From Octopus vulgaris (lineage: Eukaryota), in assembly GCA_951406725.2 (NCBI GenBank), contig OX597820.1, positions 3,162,001 through 3,226,000 on the forward strand: a DNA stretch of 64,000 nucleotides. Reading direction: 5' to 3'. Position numbers and translations under genes: made by a program. Under the pieces are notes generated by a model. The model searched no databases and was not told the DNA's origin. It was given only the letters and a program-made list of their open reading frames with translations. This document shows positions 1 through 13,738 of the stretch, piece after piece (the stretch's first letter is position 1; every line of letters begins with the position of its first letter).

Positions 1-662
1 AACATGATTCTAATTAAATCATCAAAATGTATGAGGAAATAAAGTCAAGATGTATATGAAATATCAGCCCCCACCCACCAGTTTTTCATGCTAAATTCTG
101 ATCTACATTATCTGAAAAGTATTTGGAGAATATTTCATTAAACAAATACTCGTTTTTTTCTGAAAGTTATGAGGAAACAAATTGAGGCTGTGTGAATTAT
201 CTGAAAATGTTCTCCCTCTTCTCTTTAAAAAAAGATTTCACAACAAATTTCAATATAATTATAATCTACGCCATCTGAAATGTTCTTGTTGAAAATTTCA
301 AAAAAGAAATCCCTATTTTTCAGAAAGTTATGAGGAAACAAAATCCAAAGGGGGAAGGCACCTGTAGTTATGCTCTACAAATAAAAACCACTTCTATTTT
401 TTTAACAACAAATATGAAAGGATTCAGGAATCAACACCATTTGACTGATACAGAATTAAGACTTATAAATGGCACAGCAATTATTTGGGTAATCTTTAAT
501 TTTCCAGAAGTATAAACAGAGATATTAAAAAATGCAATCTCACAAAGAATTAAGATGTCACAGTGAATGAAATATTCAATGATAAATGAATCCCAAAACT
601 GCATTTTGTTAATAATATATTGAAATTAGAATTTATAAAAATTTCGTAAACAATATGGTCTT

Positions 663-977
663 TACAGTTCTATATTTAAGAGATGAGGAATTATGTACAT
701 TATTTACATTTGACGGATATTTGTCCTCATCTTGTTTGTTTTTAACACAATGTTTCTGCTGATATACCCTCCAGCCTTCATCAGGTGTCTTGGGGAAATT
801 TCGAACCTGGGTTCTCATTCCTAAGGTAATTTTCAATGTTATTATTATTATTATTATTATTATTCAGGTCATTGCTTGGAATCAAATTTGGAATCCTGGG
901 GTTAGTAGCCAGTGCTCTTAACCACTATGCTAAGATTCCGAGTTTGATTCCAGGCAGTGACCTGAATAATAATAATG

Positions 978-1047
<70 letters not shown>

Positions 1048-1200
1048 CAACAACATTGAAAAATACCTTAGGAATGAGAACCCAGGTTCGAAATTTCCCC
1101 AAGACACCTGATGAAGGCTGGAGGGTTTATCAGCCAAAATGTGTTAATAACAAACGAGATGAGGTCAAATATCTGTCAAATGTAAATAAGGTAAATAATG
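663..1200. mobile_element. tRNA-headed, hammerhead-bearing element: full - copy (663-930) fused head-to-head with a 5'-truncated + copy (931-1200)
   Basis: The arms are reverse complements of each other; each has an (AAT)n spacer and ...agacacCTGATGAaggctg... Confidence 0.85.
744..789 (-). ncRNA. Hammerhead ribozyme motif (same family, CpG-decayed stem III)
   Basis: Minus strand gacacCTGATGAaggctggagggtatatcagcaGAAAcattgtgtt. Confidence 0.6.
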
Positions 1201-4200
1201 TGAATATGGATTTTAATAATTACTTCTTTTTTGGTAAAAATTACATAATTCAAACTAAGCAGCTTTCTTTAATGTAGTCTGTACATACATATGCAATGTG
1301 CTTCTTTCAGTTTCCATCTATAAAATCTATTCATATGGTTTATTCAGCCTGGAGCTATTGAAGAAGGCACTTTCCAAAGTACCATGCAGTGGAATTGAAA
1401 CTGAAACTATGTGGTTGGGAAGCAATGTTCTTAACCATGCAGCCACGCCTGAGCATGTATAGAACCAGAAATGAAAATAAACAACAAAATTGTCAAAACA
1501 CATTGTTTATTGGAATTCAGAGGAAACGAAACAGGAAAAGAAATTTCAACAAAACATGGATATAAATTATTCAAAGAGATAAGTTTGTAAACACAAGTGT
1601 CTGCATAAAACCGACTTGGCAATGTTTTGGGCCTTTTGCTGCTTGATGGACATAGGCACCAAGATGTCTGCTCCTTGATGAGGGTGATGTCCTCTCCATA
1701 TTGGTGTTTTCCCTCGACTACACCTCCATCCTTGATCACCCCTCACTATATTCACATCTACCCCCCATTTCTAACCAATTGTTACTCTTCCCCCCTCACA
1801 TTCTTATGAATCTACTCACCCACTCCTTCTCTCACTGACCCACTGTCTCTATCTCCTTTGATGCTCACCTTCTCAAACCTTGAGTATTTACTATGGAAGC
1901 CCATCACCACCATGTTTGCCTTCTTCCCACCTATTTTCACCCACCCCTCTGCTCTATTTTACTTTTGTCTTGCAAGTTATTTGGTGACTTCATGAATGCT
2001 GGTAGCATGAAAAAAAAAGTACCCAGGACACACTGTAAAGTGGTTGGTACTCTTTACTCTAATACTTGTTTCAGTCATTTGACTGTGGCCATGCTGGAGC
2101 ACAGCCTTTAGTCGAGCAAATCGACCCCAGGACTTATTCTTTGTCAGCCTAGTACTTATTCTACCGGTCTCTTTTGTCAAACCACTAAGTTATGGGGACA
2201 TAAACACATCAGAAACGGTTGTTAAGCGATATTGGGGGGACAAACACAGACACACAAACATATACACACACCACATATATACGACGGGTTTCTTTCAGTT
2301 TCCATCTACCAAATCTACTCCCAAGGCTATGGTAGAAGACACTTGCCCAAGGTGCCACGCAGTGGGACTGAACCCGGAACCATGTGGTTGGTAAGCAAGC
2401 TGCTTACCACACAGCCACTCCTATGCCTAAGAAGGAAGGAAGGGTATCCACCCTTAAAAATTGTTCCAGCAAAGCTGACACTTGGAGGTTGGTGTGGCCG
2501 TGTGGCTCAGTGGGTCCTGTGGCTCAGTGGGTCCTGTGAAATTGTCCAACCCATGCCAGCATAGAAAATAGAAGTTAAATGATGCTGATGCTGCCACCGA
2601 TGATGACAGCAACGACGAGGATGTTTTTGAGTTCTTTGGCAATCGTAAGATGGTAAGAATGACTTCAGGTGATGCTTAGTAGTATCCCATGGTGGGCTGC
2701 CAAAGAATTATGTCTGTGATGCTGGAGGAAACTTAATTTAGCACCAAATGAAGTGAAGTGTTGGTTCTCATTTCATTTTTTTCTTTTTTCTGTTGCGGAT
2801 GTTTGCCATTTTGGCTTTGCATACTTATAATATTTTTTAATGTTGAGATTCTTCAGTTGTTGCGCAATTTCCAAAGCTGCAATTCCTCTTCAAATGCAGA
2901 CAGCAAATGCATTTCCTTGTGTTACACATTCTTCAAAGTCAGGCTGTCAAGATATATTAAGGCTGCAAATTGTGTTCAACATCAGGGTTAATAATTCTAA
3001 TGAATATAAACAGGTGTGAGCAGGTGTACATTGTTTCATCTTTTACCTTTCCCTTGCTTCAGACATTGGACTACGACCATGCTGGGGCACTACCTTCAAG
3101 GGTACCTATTTTCAAACCTGATACTTATGCAGGCACAGTTACCTCTCCTGACGGTAGCTGTCTAAATAGCTCACCACTAGGTGGTGCAACATGTAACTCT
3201 GAGGTTCTGGCTCTTGGTCCTTTCTCTTTGTCATCCCAACAGCAGCATATGAGGACGTGACCTCGCTAGCCCTTGCATGATGCACACAACAGCTAACAGA
3301 CATTGGAGCAGCTATGACATAGAATACACAGAAGCCGAACATGGCCTTCACTTGTAAACACTTTCCATGGTATATATTTGTGATGTAGAGTAAAAGCATT
3401 TAAAAGCTACATCTTGGTTCCATAAATACATTGTACAGTATCCTTTCTTTGAATGGCATCTATTCCAGCCTTCTGAATGGAGTCGTCATTAGATGGTTTC
3501 ACCACGTGAGACCACAACCATCTACAATGGTGACCCCCAGCGAGCTGGCAAACACGTTAGCATGCGGGGCGCAATGCTTAGCAGTATTTCGTCTGCCGCT
3601 ACGTTCTGTGTTCAAAATTCCGCCGAGGTAGACTTTGCCTTTCATCCTTTCGGGGTCGATAAATTAAGTACCCGTTTCGCACTGGGGTCGATGTAATCGA
3701 CTGAATCGCTTTGTCTGTCCTTGTTTGTCCCCTCTATGTTTAACCCCTTGTGGGCAATAAAGAAATATAATGGTGACCGTTGTGATTTGAACATGCAGCC
3801 TTTTTGCCAAACCATTAAGAAATGAATACTGGTTGTCAAGTGCTGGTATGGTGGTGGTGGGGAGACACAAACACTAAGGCATGCATGCACACACACACAT
3901 ATACAACAGGCTTCCACATAGTTTCCATTTCCCAAATACACTCACAAGGTCAGGCTGAGACTATAGTAGAAGACATTCACTCCAGGTGCTGCACCATGGA
4001 ATTGAACCTGAGACTATGTGCTTGCATAGCAAACTTTTTAACCACAATGCCATGCCAACAAATATATTTTTTTTTTACTTGTTTCAGTTATTGGATTCAG
4101 CCATGCTGGAGCAATGCCTTGAGTGGGGTTTTTTCTTGAGCCTGGTACATATTCTGTTGGTCTCTGATGCTGAAACTTGAAGTTAAAGGTGCAAAGGGAT

Positions 4201-4541
4201 GTAAACGGACCAACACTTGTTGTCAGACGAAAGTGGGGGACAAACACACACACACAATGGACTTTTGTTAATTTCTGTCTACCATATCCACTCACAAGAC
4301 AAAACCCTTTCGAATGAGCAATACCGATTCCACAGCTCCATGCTTTGAAATGACTAAACAGGAACTGCTACTGGAACTTACCATTTACAGGAAACTTTTT
4401 TACCACTTCCATCCACCATTTTCCTCGAATAATGGAACTGCAACTACAATACTTTTATATATCTTATTTCTACTTTCATTTTCTTAATTCCCTATCTCCT
4501 CCTTTTCCACAATAATTCAAACTCAAATATTTTCTCACGCC

Positions 4542-4589
4542 ATCTCTAATGAAGGGATATCCATAATATCCTAGAAACAGCTGTAGGAC
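4542..4589 (+). ncRNA. Degenerate hammerhead motif at the 3' end of a Penelope-like remnant
   Basis: atctCTAATGAagggata-tccataa-tatcctaGAAACAGCTGTAggac; palindromic ACAGCTGT stem III, GUA site; core G-to-A change. Confidence 0.5.
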
Positions 4590-6993
4590 TATTTCATTAT
4601 AAATGTCCTGAAAGCTCCTCACAGCCTTAAATTTGTTATCTCATTTGGTCTAACATCATCATCATCATCATCATCATTTAACGTCCGCTTTCCACGTTAA
4701 ATGATGATGATGATGATGTTAGACCAAATGAGATAACAAATTTAAGGCTAACATATATATATATATACACATGACAGGCTTCTTTCTGTTTCCGTCTACC
4801 AAATCCACTCACAAGGCTTTGGTCGGCCCAAGGCTATAGAAGAGACTTGCCCAAGGTGCCATGCAGTGGGACTGAACCTGGAACCATGTGGCAAGCTTCA
4901 TACCACACAGCTATACTTGCTTATATTTCTACAATACATAAAATATTTTTTAACAATTTTTTAATAATATTTAATTATAAAGCTAGAACAAGATATTTGT
5001 CCCCATCCAGCCTTCATCTAGGGGAAATTTCGAACCTAGTTCGAAATTTCCCCAAGCATCAAAGGGGTCGATAGGTAGGAAAACGGTCGAGTGGGGGTAT
5101 AGAGTTCATAGGAAAAAAAAAATGGTTGAGAAACACATCTTGAGATCAACCCTCAATTTGATTATAGGGGATGACCTATGATCAAAGGTATTCAAGGTGT
5201 TGACAACCTGTTTTTCCCCATTTTAAGGGGATATCTGGGACTATACAACTTTGTGTGTATGTTCTTTCTTAAGGGGGGAGGGTGTGATTTGAGGGGCATT
5301 TGGTTGCATTTACCTTAACTGACAAAATAGAGGGTTATACATTGGTTAAAAAGCTGGTTTTTTTTTAAAAGATACTAGGGTGTGATTTGAGGGAGACTTG
5401 ATTGCTATTTCTGGTAATGAGAGTGCCACATAGTGGCACCCTCATCCAAACTTCCCTATGTTCATTTTATCATATTTATTTAATTTTGTACAATGACCCC
5501 AAAAGGTTCAAAAGCATTTTTTTAAACTTTAATAAAAATTGAACTCAAAGCTCAGAGAATTGAAACAAACCCACCACAAGACTTTCTGACCGATATTCTA
5601 ATGATTCTGGCAATTTCTTACTTATGGGTATCTAGGTTTACATTATTTAATGTGCCTTTTCTTTATTTAACCATTCTGATATTTACATCCACCCAAACTT
5701 CTTCAGTTCTTTAATACAGATTTCCTGTCAAACCATCAAAATTCTACATTCATCCCACAACTTCAAAATGACAAAGAAATTTTGCTAAATTCTTTATTAT
5801 TTTCAAAATTAATTGAAACAGAGGAAATATATTCCAACAGAAATATGGTAACAGAAGGGTTTAGATCAGTGGTCCTCAAACTTTACGAAAGATTTTGTGT
5901 GTTGATCCCCTTACAGATTTTTTGATGATTTTTCGTCCCCTATAAAATGCAGGATAATCAACAAGGAAAATATGACATACATTCATGTCCCGTAATTTGC
6001 TGACTATGAACCACACTTCCCATAGACCCACAGCCCTGAAAACCACAACTTAATCCAGGCAATGCCCCATTGGGATACAATAAATGCACGTGAAAATATG
6101 GGGAATCAGTTGACGAATTGGTTACAAGAGAAATGAGAAATGAAAAATACCGGCACGGGAGCCAGTCAGGCGGTACTGGCAACGGCCATGCTCAAATGGT
6201 GCTTTTTATGTGCCACCTGCACAGGAGCCAGTCCAGCGGCACTGGCAATGACCTTGCTTGAATGTTTTTTCACATGCCTCCAGCACAAGTGCCAGTAAGG
6301 CAATGCAGGTAACGATTACGCTCGAATGGTGCTTTTTACATGGCACCAGCATGGAAGCCAGTTTGTGGCTCTGGATGGTACTCTTAGCACTGTGGAACAG
6401 AAATGGCAAACTTTTTTCGGTTTCCTTTTAATTGCTTTCAGAGATTTAATTACCAGGCAAGTGATTTCATCTGTGACTTTGTATTCAAAGCTAAAAACAA
6501 TCACAGCATGACAGACACTAATTAGCCATCTATAATCACACAACGACTGTTGACTTCACTTAAATATTCATTATTTGGTGCCAAAATTTCTGTCACACTG
6601 ACTGTGGCCTGGTCATGAGTGCAAGAAGAAAATTTGTCTAAAGCCCCCAGCAAACTCTGTAAAGTGGTTGGCATTAGGAAGGGCATCCAGCCATAGAAAC
6701 CATGCCATAACAGACAGTTGGACAGCTCGCTGCTAGCCAGCTCCAGGCCAAATGGTCCAACCCATATTAGCATGGAGAGCCAACATTAAATGAAGATGAT
6801 GATGGGATGCAAACGCCGGTCCAAAATGTTTTACAATTAGGGTTAATTCTTCAATATGAAGAGGGGAATATGATGAATAAAATCATAATTAACTGATCCA
6901 CCTGTATTTTCTTTTACCTAAAGCCAGGGAGTTTCCAATACCCCTTCGTATAAGTATGCATGTGCATGTGTGTGTATGTGATGTATGTGCATG

Positions 6994-7028
<35 letters not shown>

Positions 7029-7968
7029 AGAGAGTGAAATTACAACGAAGTAGACAGCAGATGTAGTAAATTGTTATAGATTAGCCCCTTGGACCTATCC
7101 TGGTTGAGTAAACTTATAATCGAAGCCATTCCATCTGTGACCATCCTATCTAAGACCACATTGTACAATATCTTTTATTTGATGACGGATTAATTTCCCA
7201 GCTACGTTCAGCACCTCACAAGTGACTCATAAACGTAGAGGATTTGGCCATTGTTGTGGAGATGTGATGGATAAGAAGATTTGATAATATTGGTTGACAT
7301 CCACTTGAAAAATATAATGCAAATGACGTTGTTGGTTACGTGGTGCCCCAAAGTATTCCTTATCTTCATAATGACCATCCAATAAGAATTTCAGGAGTGG
7401 TGATGATGGAGATGGAAATGGGATGGCCCAGTTGGAAACTGGAAATTTATCTAAGTTTTATAAGTAATGTTCTTCATACAATTGCTGTAGAAAGGATTTA
7501 AGATGAGGATGTTGTACAATAATGGATTTATGTGAGGTGGGATGGGCAGGTCAATTGATGTAATAGGAACTGTGATGGTTTTAAAGACAAGAAAGAGGTC
7601 AAGTGTGTTGACCATGGATATGAAAAATCGGGACAGACCAACTTGTCATCAACAACACAATATTAAAATCTTCACAATTCTACAAATGATTAGCTAATCA
7701 ATTTCTGATGAATTTTCATGCCAACACCATGTTTTTCGTGCAATTAACTCACAAAGCTATTATTCAGAGTGAAATATTTTAACCTTCAAATTCCTCCAAA
7801 TCTATTCAAGGCTCAAATACATTCCATGCTACTGCAGAATGAGACAATTAGGAGCAGCTGTTTTGGCATTGGCAATTTGGCATGGCTGATGGGACATTTG
7901 GCCTGTTCTGGCGACACTGCTTTTTAGCACTGGAGGCAAACACACACATAATCATGCATGTGCACATG

Positions 7969-9838
7969 GAAAGCAATTAAGGGTATGAAGACAGGGAAAC
8001 ATGAAGGAGTCATACCCAATGACTGGTGTAGCAGCACCATAGTCAACTGCTACAAAGGTAAAGGTGACGCTTTAGATACAAATAATTACAGATGTATCAA
8101 GTTGTTGGATCAGGTAATGAAGGTCACAGAGAGGGTCATAGCTCAACTAATTAGAGAGAGTCAGTTTGGGTTTGTGCCAAGGAAAAGCACCACTGATGCT
8201 ATATTTCTGGTAAGACAGCTGTAGGAGAAATACCTAGCCAAAGATAAACCCCTGTACCTGGCTTTTGTTGACATGGAGAAAGCCTTTGACAGGGTCCCCG
8301 ATCCCTTATCTAGTGGTCAATGAGGAAACTAGGGATAGATGAATGATTAGTGAGATCTGTGCAAGCCATGTACAGGGACACTGTCAGTAAGGTGAGGGTT
8401 GGCAACAAGTGCAGTGAAGAATTCCGGGTGGAGGTAGGGGTCCACCAAGGTTCAGTCCTCAGTCCCCTCCTATTTATCATAGTCCTCCAGGCAATAACGG
8501 AGGAATTCAAGACAGGATGCCCCTGGGAGCTCCTCTATGCTGATGACCTTGCTCTAATTGCTGAGTCACTATCAGAACTAGAGGAGAAGTTTCAGGTGTG
8601 GAAGCAAGTATTAGAATCAAAACCTTAGAGTCAACCTAGCTAAAACCAAAGTCCTAATAAGTAGGAAAGCAGACAAACCACAAATCCCTTCAGGTAGATG
8701 GCCATGCCCGATCTGTAGAAAAGGCGTAGGTAGAAACTCTATAAGATGTACCCAGTGTAAGCTATGGACACATAAGAGGTGCAGCAATATCAAAGGAAGG
8801 CTAACTGGGAAGATAGTTTTTGTATGTGGCAGATGCTCAGGAGCAATAAACACTGAAAATGTGCAGAGAACAACTTCCACCACATTCCAGGGAGAAAAAC
8901 TAGAAGTAGTTGATAGCTTCCGTTACCTAGGTGACCAAGTCAGTAGTGGAGGAGGGTGCGCTGAAAGTGTAGCTGCTAGAATAAGAATAGCCTGGGCAAA
9001 GTTCAGAGAGCTCTTACCTCTGCTGGTGACAAAAGGCCTCTCGCTCAGAGTAAAAGGTAGACTGTATGACGCATGTGTACAAACAGCCATGCTACATGCT
9101 GAGGACAGGTGTAAGCTCGCAAGAAATGAAGCCAGTATGCTCCAATGGATGTGTAATGTCAGTGTGCATACTCGACAGAGTGTAAGTACCTTGAGAGAAA
9201 AGTTGGACCTAAGAAGCATCAGTTGTGGTGTGCAAGAGAGACGTTTGCACTGGTATGGTCATGTGTCGAGAATGGATGAAGATAGTTGTGTGAAAAAGTG
9301 TCACACCCTAGTGGTTGAGGGGACCTGTGGAAGAGGTAGACCCAGGAAAACCTGGGATGAAGTGGTGAAGGACGACCTTCGAACATTGGGCCTCACCGAG
9401 GCAATGATTAGTGACCGAGACCTTTAGAAATATGCTGTGCTTGAGAAGACCCGGCAAGCCAAATGAGACCATGACCCGTGCCCTATGCCAGTGGTGTAAC
9501 CAGCCTACTTATGCATTTCTTGCAAAGACCTGTTGTGGCTAGTGAAATCACAATCAAAATCAAATTCGCTGACGTGGCCAATGACAGCACCACCTGGCTT
9601 GTATCCGTGGCAGTGGAATGTTAAAAGCACCATCCGAGAGTGATCGTTGTCAGGGCTGCTGTCTAGCTCCTGTGCCGGTGGCACATAAAAAGCACCATTT
9701 CAGCATGGCTGTTGCCAGTGCCGCCTGACTGGTTCTCGTGCTGGTGGTACATAAAAAGCACCCACTACACTCTCAGAGTGGTTGGCGTTAGGAAGGGCAT
9801 TCAGCTGTAGAAACTCTGCCAGATCAGATTGGAGCCTG
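7969..9838 (+). mobile_element. 5'-truncated, decayed copy of the same RTE LINE
   Basis: ORFs 7958..8224, 8350..8628 and 8861..9427 are colinear RT fragments nearly identical to 27840-29370, with stops, frameshifts and deletions. Confidence 0.93.
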
Positions 9839-11294
9839 TTGTGTGTGTGTGTGTGTATGGGGTGGGGGTTAATGAGAGAGTTGTTGGAGTTGCTAATTAG
9901 TTTGTAGAGTATTTTGATATTTGTACAGAGAAGCTTATTTTGCAAGCAAATGTTTGTCCTTTACTTGTTTCAGTAGCTAGGCTGTGGCCATGCTGGGGTC
10001 CCACCTTGAAGGGTTTTACTCAAACAACTTGACCCCAGTAATAAATCTCTGAGTGAGTTATAAACAGTAGCTGCATGACATCGTGAAGTATATTTACCAC
10101 ATAAATGTAACTGACCCTTAAGGGTCAATGCTATTGTAGCTTGTAGCCCTATGACTTCCCTTTGCAAATACGGATAGGGCACAGAAAATGTGTCAATAGC
10201 CAACTGGAGGAGATGTCTTTCTGGTGCTACAAGCTACAGTAACATTGACCCTTAAGGGTTAGCCACATTTAGGTGGCAAATATACTTCACAACTTGATCC
10301 CAGTACTTATTTATTTAAAGTCCGGGACTTATCCTATTAGTCTCTTATACCAAACTGCTAAGTTACACGGATATAAACAAACCAACACTGGTTGTCCAGC
10401 AGTGATGGGGAATAACACAAACACACACACACATATGATGGGCTTCCACATAGTTCTCATCTACCAAATTCAACCACCAGGCATTGGTTGGCCCAGGGCA
10501 ATAATAGAACACACCTGTAGAAGGTAGCACACAGTGGGACTGATCCCCAAACCACGGGGTTGCAAAGCAACCTTCTTAACCCCACAGCCATGCCTGTGTC
10601 TTGAAGAATTTTAGAATTCTTTATGTTGTATTTGTGCAGTTTCCATCTGGGCGTGAAGAGCTGAAATTCTTTGATTCTTAGTTTTCTTCTTTTATAATTA
10701 TGCTTTGTGGATCTGTGGTTCTGGAACAGAAGATAACGGTAAATGTTTGTTACATCTTGTGCATGTGAGTGGATGTTGACTTAGGGAGGTTTCAACTAAA
10801 CACCAGTTCCATCAACCTCTCCAGTCTTTGGAAACTTGCAGATGTCTGCTCTTCCTCCTGTAATTTGCTAAAAGAAAATCAAAGTTTCAGCAAGTGAATC
10901 CAATGGTGGGTGGTGGGCATATTTTATAACAGTTCTACAAGTGGTTAATGTTGAATATAGCAGCCATGCAATATTATTGTCTTTCTCTTGAAGGAAAACT
11001 TTCATTTCCACTGAGGAGGTCTCACAAGGCTGAAATATGTCTGAAGTTATCTTCTCTGCTTGCTGAAAGGCTTTCAACCATTGGAGTGTGGCCATGCTAG
11101 GGCACTACCTTGAGGGGCTTTAATCAAACAAATTGGCCCCAGAAATTATCATTTTATTTCAGGTATTTATTCTATAGGTCTTACTTACTGCATAGTTAAG
11201 CTATGGAGACATAAACAAACCAGCACTGGTTGTCAAGTGATGGCGGGGCATAAATACACACACAAACTCAGTAAGGCTGTGTGGTCTAATGGTC

Positions 11295-11464
11295 AAGGTA
11301 TTTTTCAATGTTGTCGTTGTTATTATTATTAATATTATTATTATTATTATTATTCAGGAATCGAACTCGGAATCTTGGGCATACAGCATAGTGGTTAAGA
11401 GCGTGGGCTACTAACCCCAAGATTCTGAGTTCAATTCCAGGCAGTGACCTAAATAATAATAATG

Positions 11465-11501
<37 letters not shown>

Positions 11502-11704
11502 TGATAATAATAATAATAATAATAACAACAATAATAATAATAATATCGAAAAATACCTTAGGAATGAGAACCCAGGTTTGAAATTTCCCCAAGACATTTG
11601 ATGAAGGCTGAAGGGTATATCAGCCGAAACTTTGTGTTAACAACAAACAAGATGAGGACAAATATCTGTCAAATGTAAATAATGTAAATAACATAAATAA
11701 TGTA
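11295..11704 (+). mobile_element. Same tRNA-head/hammerhead element with a short inverted 5' duplicate (11295-11378)
   Basis: gcatagtggttaagagcgtgggctactaaccccaagattctgagttcaattcc head, (AAT)n, ...aggctg...cagccGAAAC. Confidence 0.85.
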
Positions 11705-12690
11705 GTTAATGCAATGTTCTGAGAATGAGGCATCTGAATTTGCAGCATGAGCAAAGTTGTCTGCCCCTGTGCTGCGCTGATGTCCATGTTTGACTTCTTC
11801 AATAAAGCCTTAATTTATATGACAATAGCACATTGCTGTTATTATGATATAAAGACAGGAATAAATCGTAAAATAGAAGCAAGATGGCAACTTTGGTGCT
11901 GCAGCTGTGCAATATCTGTTATGTATGTTTATAGCTTTTATCTTTCACTTGATTCAGTCATTGGACAGCAGCCAAGCTGGGTCTCAGCCTTGAAAGGTGT
12001 CAAACAAGCTGACATTGAGATTTAATTTGCTTAAGTCTGGTTAGTCTGGTACTAATCCTATTGGTCCCTTTGGCTGACCTGCAAAGTTACGGGGAGATAA
12101 ACAAACTAACACTGGCTGTTAAGTGGTAAGGAGGAGTGGACAAACACAAAGACACACACACACATATATATATGTATGTATGTCTGTCTGTATGAATATA
12201 TGTATATATATATATATATGCATTGGCTCCTGTGCCAGTGGCATGTAAAAAGCACCCACTACACTCTCAGACTGGTTGGCATAAGGAAGGGCATCCAGCT
12301 GTAGAAACATTGCCAGATCAGAGTGGAGCCTGGTGCGGCTGCTGGCTGTCCAGCCCTCAGTCAAACTGGCCAACCCATGCCAGTATGGAAAATGGACGTT
12401 AAACGATGATGATGATGATATATATATATATAATAACAAAGGGTAAAATTAATTAATTAAGAAGTAATCAATAATTTCACCAAGTAGAATTTGGCATGAA
12501 AAAAGACCATTTCATGGTAAATTTAAGTAGTACTTTATAATCAGGGTTCAGTAAAGTCAAAAAACTTTAGCTATTTCTTCTACTTTAAAAGTCCCTTTTT
12601 AAAGTAGAAGAAATAGCTAAAGTTTTTTGACTGCTATTTCTAAACTTCGGTATATGGTAAAGCAAATCTTTGCTGAACCCTAATTATAAA

Positions 12691-12734
<44 letters not shown>

Positions 12735-12779
12735 GTACACATACATATATAAATATGTTTGTATATATATAATATATAT

Positions 12780-12825
<46 letters not shown>

Positions 12826-13738
12826 CATAGTAAAAGAGTATATATATAATAAAAGAAGAAAAATGCACACATTTTACATAGATTTAATATATTTTAAATA
12901 AAAGAGTATTGTGGTCGTTGACTGGTTTCGCTTTCACTAATCATAATGTTGAAATGTGTGTGATTTCATATTTTCTTAAATTTTTTTAGTCCAAATTTTT
13001 GTATGAGAGCTTGTGAAGGAATCAACAAGGGGAGGTAATTGGTGATAGTTATTATTCATGAGCTGAAGTGGTGAGGTGAAACAGGTACAGGGATGGCTAA
13101 GTGATCCTGAATTAAAATATATACAGATACCGAAGTTGGTTATGCATCCATATATATAGAAAGAGAGGGAGAGAGGAAGAGATGTTTGTATGTATATATT
13201 CTTTTACTTGTTTCAGTCATTTCACTGCGGCCATGCTGGAGTACCGCCTTTAGTCAAGCAAATCGATCCCAGGACTTATTCTTTGTAAGCCTAGTACTTA
13301 TTCTATCGGTCATTTTTGCCGAACCGCTAAGTTACAGGGAAGTAAACACACCAATATCGGTTGTTAAGCGATGGTGGGGAGACAAACACAGACACACAAA
13401 CATATATACGACAGGCTTCTTTTAGTTTCCATCTACCAAATCCACTCACAAGGCTTTGGTCGGCCCGAGGCTATAGTAGAAGACACTTGCCCAAGGTGCC
13501 ACGCAGTGGGACTGAACCCGGAACCATGTGGTTGGGAAGCAAGCTACTTACCACACAGCCACTCCTGTGCCTATGTATATTTATAAAGAAATGCTTGTTG
13601 CCATGTCAATATGGCTGTTCCGTACGGAACAACGTTACTACTCTTTGTTAATCCCAGGTGACCACCTCCTCCAGCTGGTTAACGATACAACCTGTGTCCG
13701 ATATATTTCGATATATATATCAGACACAGACTGCGTTC

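Noticed and set aside
836-1277. Poly-L/I/N ORFs, and similar ORFs at 11286, 12640, 50730, 59401-59901 and 61932-62529
   Set aside because: Translations of (AAT)n, (TA)n and (CAT)n microsatellites, not genes.
11378-11450. tRNA gene (ACT anticodon-like loop)
   Set aside because: No convincing acceptor stem, and it is always attached to the same downstream repeat body; treated as a SINE-type head.
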